Shown here: in pieces, positions 26,835 to 35,412 of the stretch
Layout of the letters: each line of letters opens with the position of its first letter
How positions within the stretch are numbered: position 1 is the stretch's first letter
Assembly: GCA_963932905.1 (NCBI GenBank)
Contig: CAWVRN010000008.1
Span: 1-64,000, forward strand
Reading direction: 5' to 3'
Length of the DNA: 64,000 bases
Origin: an uncultured Bdellovibrio sp.
Lineage (GTDB): Bacteria > Bdellovibrionota > Bdellovibrionia > Bdellovibrionales > Bdellovibrionaceae
Position numbers and translations under genes: made by a program
The notes under the pieces: model-generated
The model's database searches: none
What the model was told of the DNA's origin: nothing
What the model saw: the letters and a program-made list of their open reading frames with translations, nothing else

Positions 26835-28232
26835 TTGAATACCAATGCATTTCAGTCACTATCACTTTCTAGCGAGATTTTGTCCGTTGTGCAAGAGCTT
26901 GGTTTCGAGCAAATGACTCCGATTCAGGCCCAAAGCATTCCACTGTTGCTAGAGGGCAAAGATATCATCGGCCGTTCAAAAACGGGTAGTGGAAAAACAG
27001 CGGCATTCATCCTACCTATTCTTCAAAATTCAAATTTAAAGCAACGCACGCCTCAAGCTTTAATTTTGTGTCCAACCCGCGAACTCAGTGTTCAGGTCAG
27101 TAAAGAAGCTCGTAAATTCGGTCGTAAAATGAACGAACTGCAAGTCGTGGCGGTTTACGGAGGCGTACCCGCGCGCGAGCAGATTTTATCTTTGCAAAGC
27201 GGTCCACAAATTATCGTAGGTACGCCTGGCCGAGTTCTAGATTTAATCGATCGCAGAGCCCTGTACCTAGAAGACGTAAAGACGTTTGTTATCGATGAAG
27301 CCGACAAGATGTTAGAGATGGGATTTGAAGACGAGCTTTTAAGAGTCGTAGATATGCTGCCGAAAGATAGACAGACGTCTTTGTTTTCGGCGACATTTCC
27401 TGACACACTAAAATCTATTAGTCGCAAATATCAAAAAAAACCGATTGAAGTGAAAATCGAAGGCACCGACGAGGCCCAAATCAAAATCGAGCAAATCCAA
27501 TACGACTATGAACAGGAAGAAGATAAAATTGGAATCTTGATGCGCGTATTGCAGCAGCATCCGGCCGATTCAACGCTTATATTCTGCAATCAAAAAGCAA
27601 CGGTAAATGAAATCGTAGCCAAATTCACAGAACAAGGCGTGCCCTGCGGGGCTCTGCACGGCGATTTTGAACAGAGAGATCGTGATCGAGTCGTTTCGTT
27701 GTTCAGAAATAATTCCTACAGAATACTCGTAGCCACAGATGTTGCAGCCAGAGGTTTAGATATTGAAGACCTTGAGTTAGTGGTAAACTTTGATTTCCCA
27801 CAACAAGCTGAAACCTATGTTCACAGAATCGGCAGAACGGGCCGAGCTGGCAAAAAAGGCCAAGCTATAATCTTAGCCAAACCAAATGAAACGCTTAGAT
27901 TACTAGAACTAGAACAAGTCACAAAATCAAAATTCGAAAAGCCAAAGCTAGGTTTCAAAAATCAGCACAGCTTAAGCACCACCCACAGTGTAGCGAAGAT
28001 GCAAACGATCTCAATCGGCGCAGGAAGAAAAGAAAAATTGAGAGCAGGGGACATCCTAGGTGCCTTAACAAATCCCACAGTAGGCCTTAAGGCAGCGGAC
28101 GTGGGTAAGATTGAAATCATGGATCATCATTCACTAGTAGCTGTAAACGCTGACCACGCGTCGGCAGTGTTAAAGAAACTAAGAGACTCAAAGATCAAAG
28201 GGAAGAAGTTTCAGATTCGAATGATGTCATAG
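26835..28232 (+). CDS. dbpA: ATP-dependent RNA helicase DbpA
   Basis: TGSGKT, PTREL, DEAD, SAT, HRIGRTGRAG, C-terminal DbpA RBD (GRKEKLRAGDILGALT). Confidence 0.93.
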   Translation: MNTNAFQSLSLSSEILSVVQELGFEQMTPIQAQSIPLLLEGKDIIGRSKTGSGKTAAFILPILQNSNLKQRTPQALILCPTRELSVQVSKEARKFGRKMNELQVVAVYGGVPAREQILSLQSGPQIIVGTPGRVLDLIDRRALYLEDVKTFVIDEADKMLEMGFEDELLRVVDMLPKDRQTSLFSATFPDTLKSISRKYQKKPIEVKIEGTDEAQIKIEQIQYDYEQEEDKIGILMRVLQQHPADSTLIFCNQKATVNEIVAKFTEQGVPCGALHGDFEQRDRDRVVSLFRNNSYRILVATDVAARGLDIEDLELVVNFDFPQQAETYVHRIGRTGRAGKKGQAIILAKPNETLRLLELEQVTKSKFEKPKLGFKNQHSLSTTHSVAKMQTISIGAGRKEKLRAGDILGALTNPTVGLKAADVGKIEIMDHHSLVAVNADHASAVLKKLRDSKIKGKKFQIRMMS

Positions 28233-28389
28233 TTCATTCATAAAACCCCGAGGCTTTTGCGGTGAGCACATATACGTAAAAAATCGAAATACAACATCTG
28301 AGCATCTAAACCCAAAAGCGATTCAAAATTTCTTCCCAAAAAAGAAAAGCGACCACAAGCCCAAAAGAAAAGATCTAGAGATTGGGGGT

Positions 28390-28629
28390 ACCCTTGGAGG
28401 CTTGATGGTTTTCTTAAGAAGCTGCATTTCAAGTTCGGTCTTCTTGTTGGATGAGATTTCTGTTTTTAGGCGGCTCAGCTGCTGCATGGATGCGGTATTG
28501 TTCGCGAAGCGAACCGGCTGCTTGAGCCACGATGGCGTCCGCCTAAAAACAGAAATCTCATCCAACAAGAAGATACTCGCCCTAAAGGGAACCAAAGCTT
28601 CTTAAGAGAACCATCAAGCCTTCAAGGGT
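28390..28629. repeat. Nested long inverted repeat (34-bp outer + 35-bp inner stems); REP/MITE-like element or structured RNA
   Basis: 28390-28423 pairs with 28596-28629 (two G-U only); 28439-28473 pairs perfectly with 28539-28573. Confidence 0.88.
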
Positions 28630-28658
28630 TTCGAACCTCGCCCCGATCTGCATCAACG

Positions 28659-28703
28659 CCCAGCGCTCGCCCCGAACCCAGCGCTCGCCCCGAACCCAGC
28701 GCT
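28659..28703. repeat. GC-rich 18-bp tandem repeat, 2.5 copies
   Basis: CCCAGCGCTCGCCCCGAA x2 + CCCAGCGCT; partial copy CTCGCCCCGA at 28637-28646. Confidence 0.9.
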
Positions 28704-28863
28704 GCAAACCCGCTCCCAACCGTTTTCTCAAATTGAGACTGTCTAAAATCACGACACACACAGAACTCAAATTGTCCCCGCATCCACCAAGTCAAATAAA
28801 CTCAACAGACGGCGTGTAGAATCTTGGCCAGGTATTTGGAATTCACAAAAGTAGGAGAGAATT

Positions 28864-30069
28864 ATGCGATTTCCAATCAGACCACTTATATTATTTGCGT
28901 TCATGTCTTATTTTTTAGGTGCATGCTCGGGCGTGAAGTTCTCTCAGAACTTAGAATGCGAGAAAAATGGAACTTGTGTAGTACAGAACGGTAAAGCTGT
29001 TTATCCCGCGCAAGATTACACAGTAGATGGTGGTAAAGTTGACGTTCTTATTGTGGATGATAACTCGGCCTCTATGTCATTTGAACAAAATCGTATGTCA
29101 GCTCGTTTCAATCAATTCATTCAAAATTTAGAAAATAAAGGTGTTAACTACCGTATCGCGTTTACAACAACAGATATTTCAAGCTCCCAAAACGCAGCTC
29201 GTGCTATTAACGGAAATGGCGCTTTACAAGATGGCAAACTAATCGCGCTATCTACAGGAAAAAAGTTTTTATCTAAAGAAGATGGCGATCTAGCGACCAA
29301 AACAGCGATCTTCAAAACAGCTATCGAGCGTAAAGAAACTTTGGCGTGTGAAACGTTCATCACAAATTGGATGAACTCTGGCAAAACAGCCTCGGATACA
29401 AATTATTCGACTGAATACTACAACAACTGTCCTTCAGGCGACGAGCGCGGTATCTACGCAGCTAACTTAGTCACGCGGAACAATCCAGATGGCTTCTTGC
29501 GTGACGACGCTGACTTTCACATTATCTTTCTATCCGACGAAGATGAGCGTAGTCAGTTGTATTTACATGGTGGACAGTACGCTTTGGAAGACATGGACAC
29601 GGGTAAAAACTTAGCCGCTACCATTCGTTCAACATATCCTAGTAAAACATTCGGTATTCACCCGATCATTACTGCGGACGCGTACTGCTTGCCGATCCAA
29701 AATCAGCAAATGTCTGGTATCGTCAGTGGTTCTTATGGAACTGAATACAACAATGCTCGAAAAGAAGCTTTATCGATTGTTAATACAGAGCGATCTCAAA
29801 AAGGCTTAGCTAGTGTAAAAATGGTTCTTGGTGATATCTGTTTGAACGACTATGCAGGACAGTTAACTGAAATCTTCGATAACGTAGTTGGCCCAATTGT
29901 CGATAGTTACGCTATTAAATGTTCGACTCCAGAAGGATTGAACGTCACGGTATCAACATCAGATTCTTCAATCACGCATGAATTAGTAGGCAATGTAATT
30001 AAATTTAATAAAAAGTTGCCTGTCGGTACAAAGGTATCAATTAGTTCTTATTCTTGCCCAGCGGAATAA
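28864..30069 (+). CDS. Lipoprotein with vWA-like (MIDAS) domain
   Basis: Lipobox LGAC; DVLIVDDNSASM (DxSxS), IAFTTTD, IIFLSDEDE. Confidence 0.75.
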   Translation: MRFPIRPLILFAFMSYFLGACSGVKFSQNLECEKNGTCVVQNGKAVYPAQDYTVDGGKVDVLIVDDNSASMSFEQNRMSARFNQFIQNLENKGVNYRIAFTTTDISSSQNAARAINGNGALQDGKLIALSTGKKFLSKEDGDLATKTAIFKTAIERKETLACETFITNWMNSGKTASDTNYSTEYYNNCPSGDERGIYAANLVTRNNPDGFLRDDADFHIIFLSDEDERSQLYLHGGQYALEDMDTGKNLAATIRSTYPSKTFGIHPIITADAYCLPIQNQQMSGIVSGSYGTEYNNARKEALSIVNTERSQKGLASVKMVLGDICLNDYAGQLTEIFDNVVGPIVDSYAIKCSTPEGLNVTVSTSDSSITHELVGNVIKFNKKLPVGTKVSISSYSCPAE

Positions 30070-30070
30070 C

Positions 30071-31075
30071 TTAGTAGCGCCAGTAAACATCCAAGAACAT
30101 ATTGTAACCATCTTTTAAATCAAAGCGGTCAGCACGAATGTCGACCGTGTTCAAACTGACATTCAAATTAAAACGATCCCAAATGGCCACATAAGACAAG
30201 TAACCCCCAATCGTTTTCTTTTCAAAGTTATAATTGGGTCCGATCAAAACGCGATCCCAGCTTTTCAAAATAAATTCGTAACCAGTCTGAATCGAGCTCG
30301 ATCCAAATGATTTGATGGCCGTAGTTTCTGCGGCTCGATCGTAAGCCAAAACGGCCAAACTTAAAAAGTTATGCGTAATCATGGTGTCGTTGGAAAATGA
30401 ATCCCAAAGAAAGGTTAGGTTCAAATTGCTCTGAGTCGAATCAGGAACCCGAGTAAAGGTCACTAGCGTCGATATCGTATTTTCGTTAGTAGAAAGTAGG
30501 CGGTACTTGGCCAAGAAGTTTAAACCACCGGCAGCATTAACAAGCGCTGTTGTTCCAATTGTGAATCGAGGGTACAGTCCATAGTAGACCTGACCCAAGT
30601 AATTTACCAGAAATTCGTCTTGATCCAATGTGGCTGCCGTATCGCCAACCAAGAAGCCTTGAGTGTACAACGGTTTGTAGCGGCTAGAAATATTTTCGCC
30701 GGTATTACGAATCATCAAAAGGGTGGCACCTTGATAGTTGGAATTAGCCGTCACCAAGGCCAATGGTTTTAGCCGGTGACCAGGAAAAATAATTTGGTCT
30801 TTAAATATTTTTAAAACGATGAAATTATTTTCCGTATAACCGGCCTGTGAAATCTGCGTACTGATCAATTCCGCCAGTCCTATAATTTCCTGAGTTTTAT
30901 CAGAATGAATGCTGAAACGGTCGCCTACTTTTAAATGTTCTTCATATGTGATCGCGACGAATGTTTTTTCATCTTCAATACGCTTGATGGTTAAATCCGA
31001 ATCTGATTTAGATACGGCTTTGGAAAGCGTCGCTAGTGTTAGAAGTAAGGTAAATAGAAAAGTACGCACCATCAT
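30071..31075 (-). CDS. Hypothetical exported/outer-membrane protein
   Basis: Signal peptide; C-terminal beta-rich region ending DVYWRY. Confidence 0.6.
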   Translation of the reverse strand: MMVRTFLFTLLLTLATLSKAVSKSDSDLTIKRIEDEKTFVAITYEEHLKVGDRFSIHSDKTQEIIGLAELISTQISQAGYTENNFIVLKIFKDQIIFPGHRLKPLALVTANSNYQGATLLMIRNTGENISSRYKPLYTQGFLVGDTAATLDQDEFLVNYLGQVYYGLYPRFTIGTTALVNAAGGLNFLAKYRLLSTNENTISTLVTFTRVPDSTQSNLNLTFLWDSFSNDTMITHNFLSLAVLAYDRAAETTAIKSFGSSSIQTGYEFILKSWDRVLIGPNYNFEKKTIGGYLSYVAIWDRFNLNVSLNTVDIRADRFDLKDGYNMFLDVYWRY

Positions 31076-31102
31076 TCAGACGGTATAGCGTACTTTGCAG
31101 AC

Positions 31103-31831
31103 TTAGGCTATTTTTTTAATTTGTTCGAGCTTGTTTTTTAGGACTGAATTCTCAATTCTTAGCGTCGTTGCTTCTTGAGTTAGTTGGTTGACTTTCTTTT
31201 TAAGGAAATCATTTTCTTCTTTTAACGTGTCTAATTTATCGCTGCCTGAACTGGCGCGATTATTAGCTCCGCTAAAATCTAACGTCGTTTCTGAATTGTC
31301 ACTGCTTGCTGCGGATGACGGCGTTTGTTCCACTAAAGAAATAACTGTAGAGCCTCTTTGATTGATTAGGTCCTCGATATTTTCGGGAACAGCCATATCG
31401 GGATTGAATTTTTCCAGTTTGATAATACCTTGTTGAATCAAACCACGAACTTCCATCACAATTTTCGACAAGCATGTCGCAATCTCAGCTGGATTCGGAT
31501 TCGTTTCGTCGATCAAACTCAGGATTTTGCGTTTATCGCTTTGAGATAAAACGGCTAGAATTTCTTCACGTTTAGGTACTTCAAATTTGCGTAAAGCGAC
31601 CGCCAAAGTTAAAGGCTGGATACGCGAGATAATTTCACTTAACGGTTCTCTAGGCCATTCGACAATTTTATCTACAGTCAGTACACGTTTTTTAAGTTCC
31701 ATTTCCCAATTCACATTTTCTTGTGAAATAAGAGTTAGGAATTGTTCTTGCTTAGCTTTACTTGAGGTTTCAAGTAAATTAAGAAGTTGAATGAAGCCAC
31801 CTTTTTTCTTGTAACGATCTAGCATACCCAT
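31103..31831 (-). CDS. Stand-alone FliG C-terminal-domain-like protein with coiled-coil tail
   Basis: LAVALRKFEVPKREEILAVLSQ resembles FliG-C; start MGMLDRYKKKGGF chosen (supported by sigma28 promoter geometry). Confidence 0.7.
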   Translation of the reverse strand: MGMLDRYKKKGGFIQLLNLLETSSKAKQEQFLTLISQENVNWEMELKKRVLTVDKIVEWPREPLSEIISRIQPLTLAVALRKFEVPKREEILAVLSQSDKRKILSLIDETNPNPAEIATCLSKIVMEVRGLIQQGIIKLEKFNPDMAVPENIEDLINQRGSTVISLVEQTPSSAASSDNSETTLDFSGANNRASSGSDKLDTLKEENDFLKKKVNQLTQEATTLRIENSVLKNKLEQIKKIA

Positions 31832-31838
31832 GCAAAAC

Positions 31839-31865
31839 GTTTCGGGAATACAGGGGATTTCTTTA
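31839..31865 (-). promoter_or_regulatory. Putative sigma28 (FliA) promoter, leaderless
   Basis: TAAAGAAA-N11-CCCGAAAC, 7 nt before ATG at 31831. Confidence 0.6.
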
Positions 31866-31893
31866 AGAAAAAGAAGTGTCTCAATTTGATTTG

Positions 31894-32829
31894 CTACAGG
31901 ATCATGGACCAGAGAATGCCGTCGCGTAAGCCCACTCTCGGAACAAAAATGCGGTGAGCATCGCATTGTCGTAAAATCATCTTAACAGTGTAGATCGCGG
32001 GCAGAATTACGTCCGCACGGTCGGGGCGTAGATTCAATTTTTCAATGCGATCCTTGATCGACATTGTAGAGAGCTTGTCATAGATTTCGATCAGCTCATT
32101 CAGTGTGATAAATGTGTTCGATGATTTTTTCAAAAGGTCCCATTTTAATCGCGCCATGCACTCTAAATTTCCACCAGTGCCGATAGCAAAATCTATTTCG
32201 TGATGGAAATCGTTTTTATCGATGAATTGAAACACAGGTTTGATAAAATCGCCGACGACCACTTTCAAATGAGTTTCGTCTAGTTTGCGTTTTTCTAGTT
32301 GGTCAATGATGCGTACTGTGCCCATTGGAAAGGATTCCGTTTGTTTCATTTTACCGTTGGCCGACAATGTAATTTCGACACTGCCGCCGCCGACATCGAT
32401 TAAAACACAACGTCGGTTTTTTAATTCAACTTCCTTGCTGACAGCCAAATAAATCAGACGGGCCTCTTCTTGGCCATCTATAATTTCGATCTTAATTCCG
32501 CTTTTTTTTGCAATTTTATCAATGAATTCTAATTTGTTGGAAGCTTCACGCAAGGCGCTTGTTGCTACAGCACGGCAGGCCTGTACGCGGTACTTTTGAT
32601 TGATATTGCGAAAATGTTCAAATGTCTCCACTGAATCACTTATAGTTTGCGGAGAGATGGGTTTATCTAAAAACACTTCTTTGCCTAAACGAATAGGGGA
32701 GCGTATTTTTTTAATCTCTTGCATGATGTGGGTTTTTGTCGACGAATCATAGGAAACCTCTGAAATTATCATCCGTATTCCATTTGAACCTATATCGATG
32801 GCTGAATAGACTTTACCCATGTTTGACAT
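31894..32829 (-). CDS. ppx: Ppx/GppA exopolyphosphatase (short form)
   Basis: AIDIGSNGIR, ATSALREASN, IDGQEEA, IDVGGGSVE, RADVI, GLRDG. Confidence 0.93.
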   Translation of the reverse strand: MSNMGKVYSAIDIGSNGIRMIISEVSYDSSTKTHIMQEIKKIRSPIRLGKEVFLDKPISPQTISDSVETFEHFRNINQKYRVQACRAVATSALREASNKLEFIDKIAKKSGIKIEIIDGQEEARLIYLAVSKEVELKNRRCVLIDVGGGSVEITLSANGKMKQTESFPMGTVRIIDQLEKRKLDETHLKVVVGDFIKPVFQFIDKNDFHHEIDFAIGTGGNLECMARLKWDLLKKSSNTFITLNELIEIYDKLSTMSIKDRIEKLNLRPDRADVILPAIYTVKMILRQCDAHRIFVPRVGLRDGILWSMIL

Positions 32830-32875
32830 TGTGATTCAAATATTGTTCGATGTAAAGACTTGAGGGGGCTTTCCT

Positions 32876-33919
32876 ATGGGAAAAATACTATCGTTCGCTG
32901 TTTTGCTTATGCTACCGTTTGTTGTAAATGCACAAATGAAAGCGGAAAACTGGCAAGTCGAAGGTGAAGTCGATGTGTTGACTCGTTTGGGGTCGCAACC
33001 AACATCGGAACGGGGACAAGTTGCGTTCTCTTTGCCGTCGTTAAAATTAGCAGCGGACTATTTGATTGAAAAAAACAATTCGGTCTATTTTCAAGTTCAG
33101 ATGGCAGAAAATCGCAACAAAGATACTAAGAAATTTCAAACGGAATTGGCTCGAGCTTATTTTCAGCATATTTCAGAAAGCGATTCTTGGATTGTTCGCT
33201 ATGGCTTAATTAAGAATGCTTATTTGGATGACAATGAGCTGTTGCTTGATTACGACGTTGTGCCCGAATTCCGTGCGTTTGCTTATCGTTACAACTATTT
33301 GCCGTCAGCTGATATCGGTTTGGAAATTCGTTATGTCACCAGCCCTTATTTGGATTTTTCCGTCGGCGTCTATAACGGAGAAGAAAATACTACCAAAGAA
33401 GACGGCATGCAGAAGGATACCTATATTGGGATCAATTACGATGACTCTAGTTTCCACTTTGCGGCTCTTGCCATTCGTGGTGCCTATGATGAATATGAAA
33501 GCCCATTCAATGTAAAAGAAAGAAATCTGGTTCGCATCGCATGGAAAGGCAATCTTGTCGAGCTTGGCCTAGAGGGGCTAACGTCTAAAGAATTAAGCAA
33601 TGCGACTGTCGCCTATGGTCGTGCCGAAGGATGGGATGGATCAGCCTACCCAGAAACCATGGTTCAAGCCGAGGGGGCTTCGGCCTGGTTGCTATTTAAA
33701 GTCGACTCCGAGCTGCAATTCTTAGCGCGAAAAGACTATTTGGATCCCTACAAAGACGTAAAATTGGATGAAATTGAGTCTGAAAACATAGCCATGATTG
33801 TCAAAGACAACATGCGTTCGTGCATACTAGGTTATACCAAAACAGTTTACAAAGACCTGCATTCTACGAAGTCTAACGAGAAAGAATTCGGTTTCTTTGG
33901 ATTACGCCAAATTTTCTAG
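32876..33919 (+). CDS. Putative porin (possibly phosphate-selective)
   Basis: Signal peptide, beta-barrel pattern (ADIGL, SVGVYNGE), C-terminal GLRQIF; in Pho locus. Confidence 0.6.
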   Translation: MGKILSFAVLLMLPFVVNAQMKAENWQVEGEVDVLTRLGSQPTSERGQVAFSLPSLKLAADYLIEKNNSVYFQVQMAENRNKDTKKFQTELARAYFQHISESDSWIVRYGLIKNAYLDDNELLLDYDVVPEFRAFAYRYNYLPSADIGLEIRYVTSPYLDFSVGVYNGEENTTKEDGMQKDTYIGINYDDSSFHFAALAIRGAYDEYESPFNVKERNLVRIAWKGNLVELGLEGLTSKELSNATVAYGRAEGWDGSAYPETMVQAEGASAWLLFKVDSELQFLARKDYLDPYKDVKLDEIESENIAMIVKDNMRSCILGYTKTVYKDLHSTKSNEKEFGFFGLRQIF

Positions 33920-33978
33920 CGTCGCGTACGTAAGTACGCTCATAATTTAAGAATCCGCCTAGATTTTCCCCAAAAGTG

Positions 33979-34006
33979 TGTTAGATTTTTGTTAGGGGCT
34001 TGTTGT
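33979..34006. promoter_or_regulatory. Candidate Pho-box-like direct repeats upstream of phoU
   Basis: TGTTAG at 33979 and 33990, TGTTGT at 34001: 11-bp period. Confidence 0.4.
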
Positions 34007-34055
34007 TACGTACTACTACGTTTACAAGTCTATCAAATTTAGATAACTAACAAAC

Positions 34056-34733
34056 ATGGAGCATTCGTTGGAACGCGCTTTAGATACTCAGATTGATGAA
34101 GCTAAAAGATTAATTTTAATCATGGCTGGTAGCGTGGAATTGGCTCTATTCGAAGCCACCGAAGCTCTATTGGGACGTAACCCATCTAAGCTAAAAAACA
34201 TTCATCAAATAGAAAATAAAATTAACGAAGATCACATTAAAATCGATGAATGCTGCTTGAATATTTTAGCTAAGCAAAGCCCAGTCGCTAAAGATTTGCG
34301 TATTATTTTGTCCATTTTAAAAATCAATACTGACCTTGAACGCATGGGCGATCAGTGCACGAACATTGCGTACACAACGCAAGACTATTTGTCTCGTAAG
34401 GAACTTCAGCACGTCAGCCTTATTTCTGAAATGAGTGAATTTGTTCGCGCCATGGTGAAGAAGTCTTTGGACTGTTTCGTCCGCGGTGATGCGGTCGCTG
34501 CCAAAGCCATCCTTGTGATGGATGATGAAGTGGACGAGCGTAAGAACCGCGTATTTAGAGAATTATGTGAACATATGAAGAAAAATCCGGACGACGTGGA
34601 TGCGAGTTTGGATTTAATTTTAATTGCACGAAACTTTGAAAGGTTAGGTGACCATGCAACAAACATTGCAGAAGACGTCATTTTCGCCTACACGGGCAGC
34701 GATATCCGACACGGTGGTAAATCTGGATCCTAA
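34056..34733 (+). CDS. phoU: Phosphate signalling protein PhoU
   Basis: PVAKDLR, DLERMGD, DDEVD, ERLGDHATNIAE. Confidence 0.97.
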   Translation: MEHSLERALDTQIDEAKRLILIMAGSVELALFEATEALLGRNPSKLKNIHQIENKINEDHIKIDECCLNILAKQSPVAKDLRIILSILKINTDLERMGDQCTNIAYTTQDYLSRKELQHVSLISEMSEFVRAMVKKSLDCFVRGDAVAAKAILVMDDEVDERKNRVFRELCEHMKKNPDDVDASLDLILIARNFERLGDHATNIAEDVIFAYTGSDIRHGGKSGS

Positions 34734-35412
34734 TATCCTTGTTGTCGAAGACGAAACAGAGATCAGAGAATTAATTGCTCTGCATTTGCTACGACAAGGT
34801 TTTAAAGTCACGGAATGTGATAATGTATCAGATGCCATTGAACAGCTTGGGAAAAAAAAATTCGATGTGATCCTTCTAGATTGGATGCTGCCCGGCCTTA
34901 GCGGCATGGACCTTCTCGGCTTCCTAAAAGACAAAGAAATCGACACACGCGTAGTGATGGTGACGGCTAAAACAGATCCGGCAGATATTGTTCAAGGCTT
35001 AGAAAGCGGTGCCGACGATTATTTAACAAAACCATTCGATCCGGCTATCTTAATGGCGCGTGTTCGTGCTGTCATGAGACGCGTACCTAAAAAAGATAGT
35101 GCAGATACACAAGAAGAACTAACGGTTGGGCCGCTGTACATCAATTTCCGCACGTATGATGTCATGCTGAACAATGAAAAATTGCATTTAACGCCCAGTG
35201 AATTTAAGTTATTAGGGATTATGATCCAAAACCAGGGTCGCGTGTTGACTCGGGATAACCTGATCGAGAATATTCAGGGTGAAGGTGTGAACGTTATTGG
35301 CCGCACCATTGATACTCACGTATTTGGATTAAGAAAAAAACTAGGTAGCTGGGGAGATCGCATTGAAACAATTAGGGGAGTTGGTTACCGGGTTAAGACG
35401 GAATCTAATTAG
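34714..35412 (+). CDS. phoB: PhoB-like OmpR family response regulator
   Basis: ILLDWMLPG, GADDYLTKPF, LTPSEFKLL, RTIDTHV, TIRGVGY; GTG 34714 chosen as start. Confidence 0.88.
   Translation: MVNLDPNILVVEDETEIRELIALHLLRQGFKVTECDNVSDAIEQLGKKKFDVILLDWMLPGLSGMDLLGFLKDKEIDTRVVMVTAKTDPADIVQGLESGADDYLTKPFDPAILMARVRAVMRRVPKKDSADTQEELTVGPLYINFRTYDVMLNNEKLHLTPSEFKLLGIMIQNQGRVLTRDNLIENIQGEGVNVIGRTIDTHVFGLRKKLGSWGDRIETIRGVGYRVKTESN

Noticed and set aside
28390..28703. Possible CRISPR array or IS element
   Set aside because: Repeats are inverted or spacer-less tandem; no repeat-spacer periodicity, cas genes or transposase in the window
28238..28770. Short ORFs (62-90 aa) on both strands, including repeated LLDEISVFRR / LKTEISSNKK and RWVRGE peptides
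   Set aside because: By-products of the inverted and tandem repeats; no SD or protein-like features
31832..31966. N-terminal extension of the FliG-C ORF in the ORF track
   Set aside because: Overlaps ppx 3-prime end; promoter geometry supports ATG at 31831
34648..34713. N-terminal extension of phoB
   Set aside because: Lies within phoU; receiver domain begins right after GTG 34714
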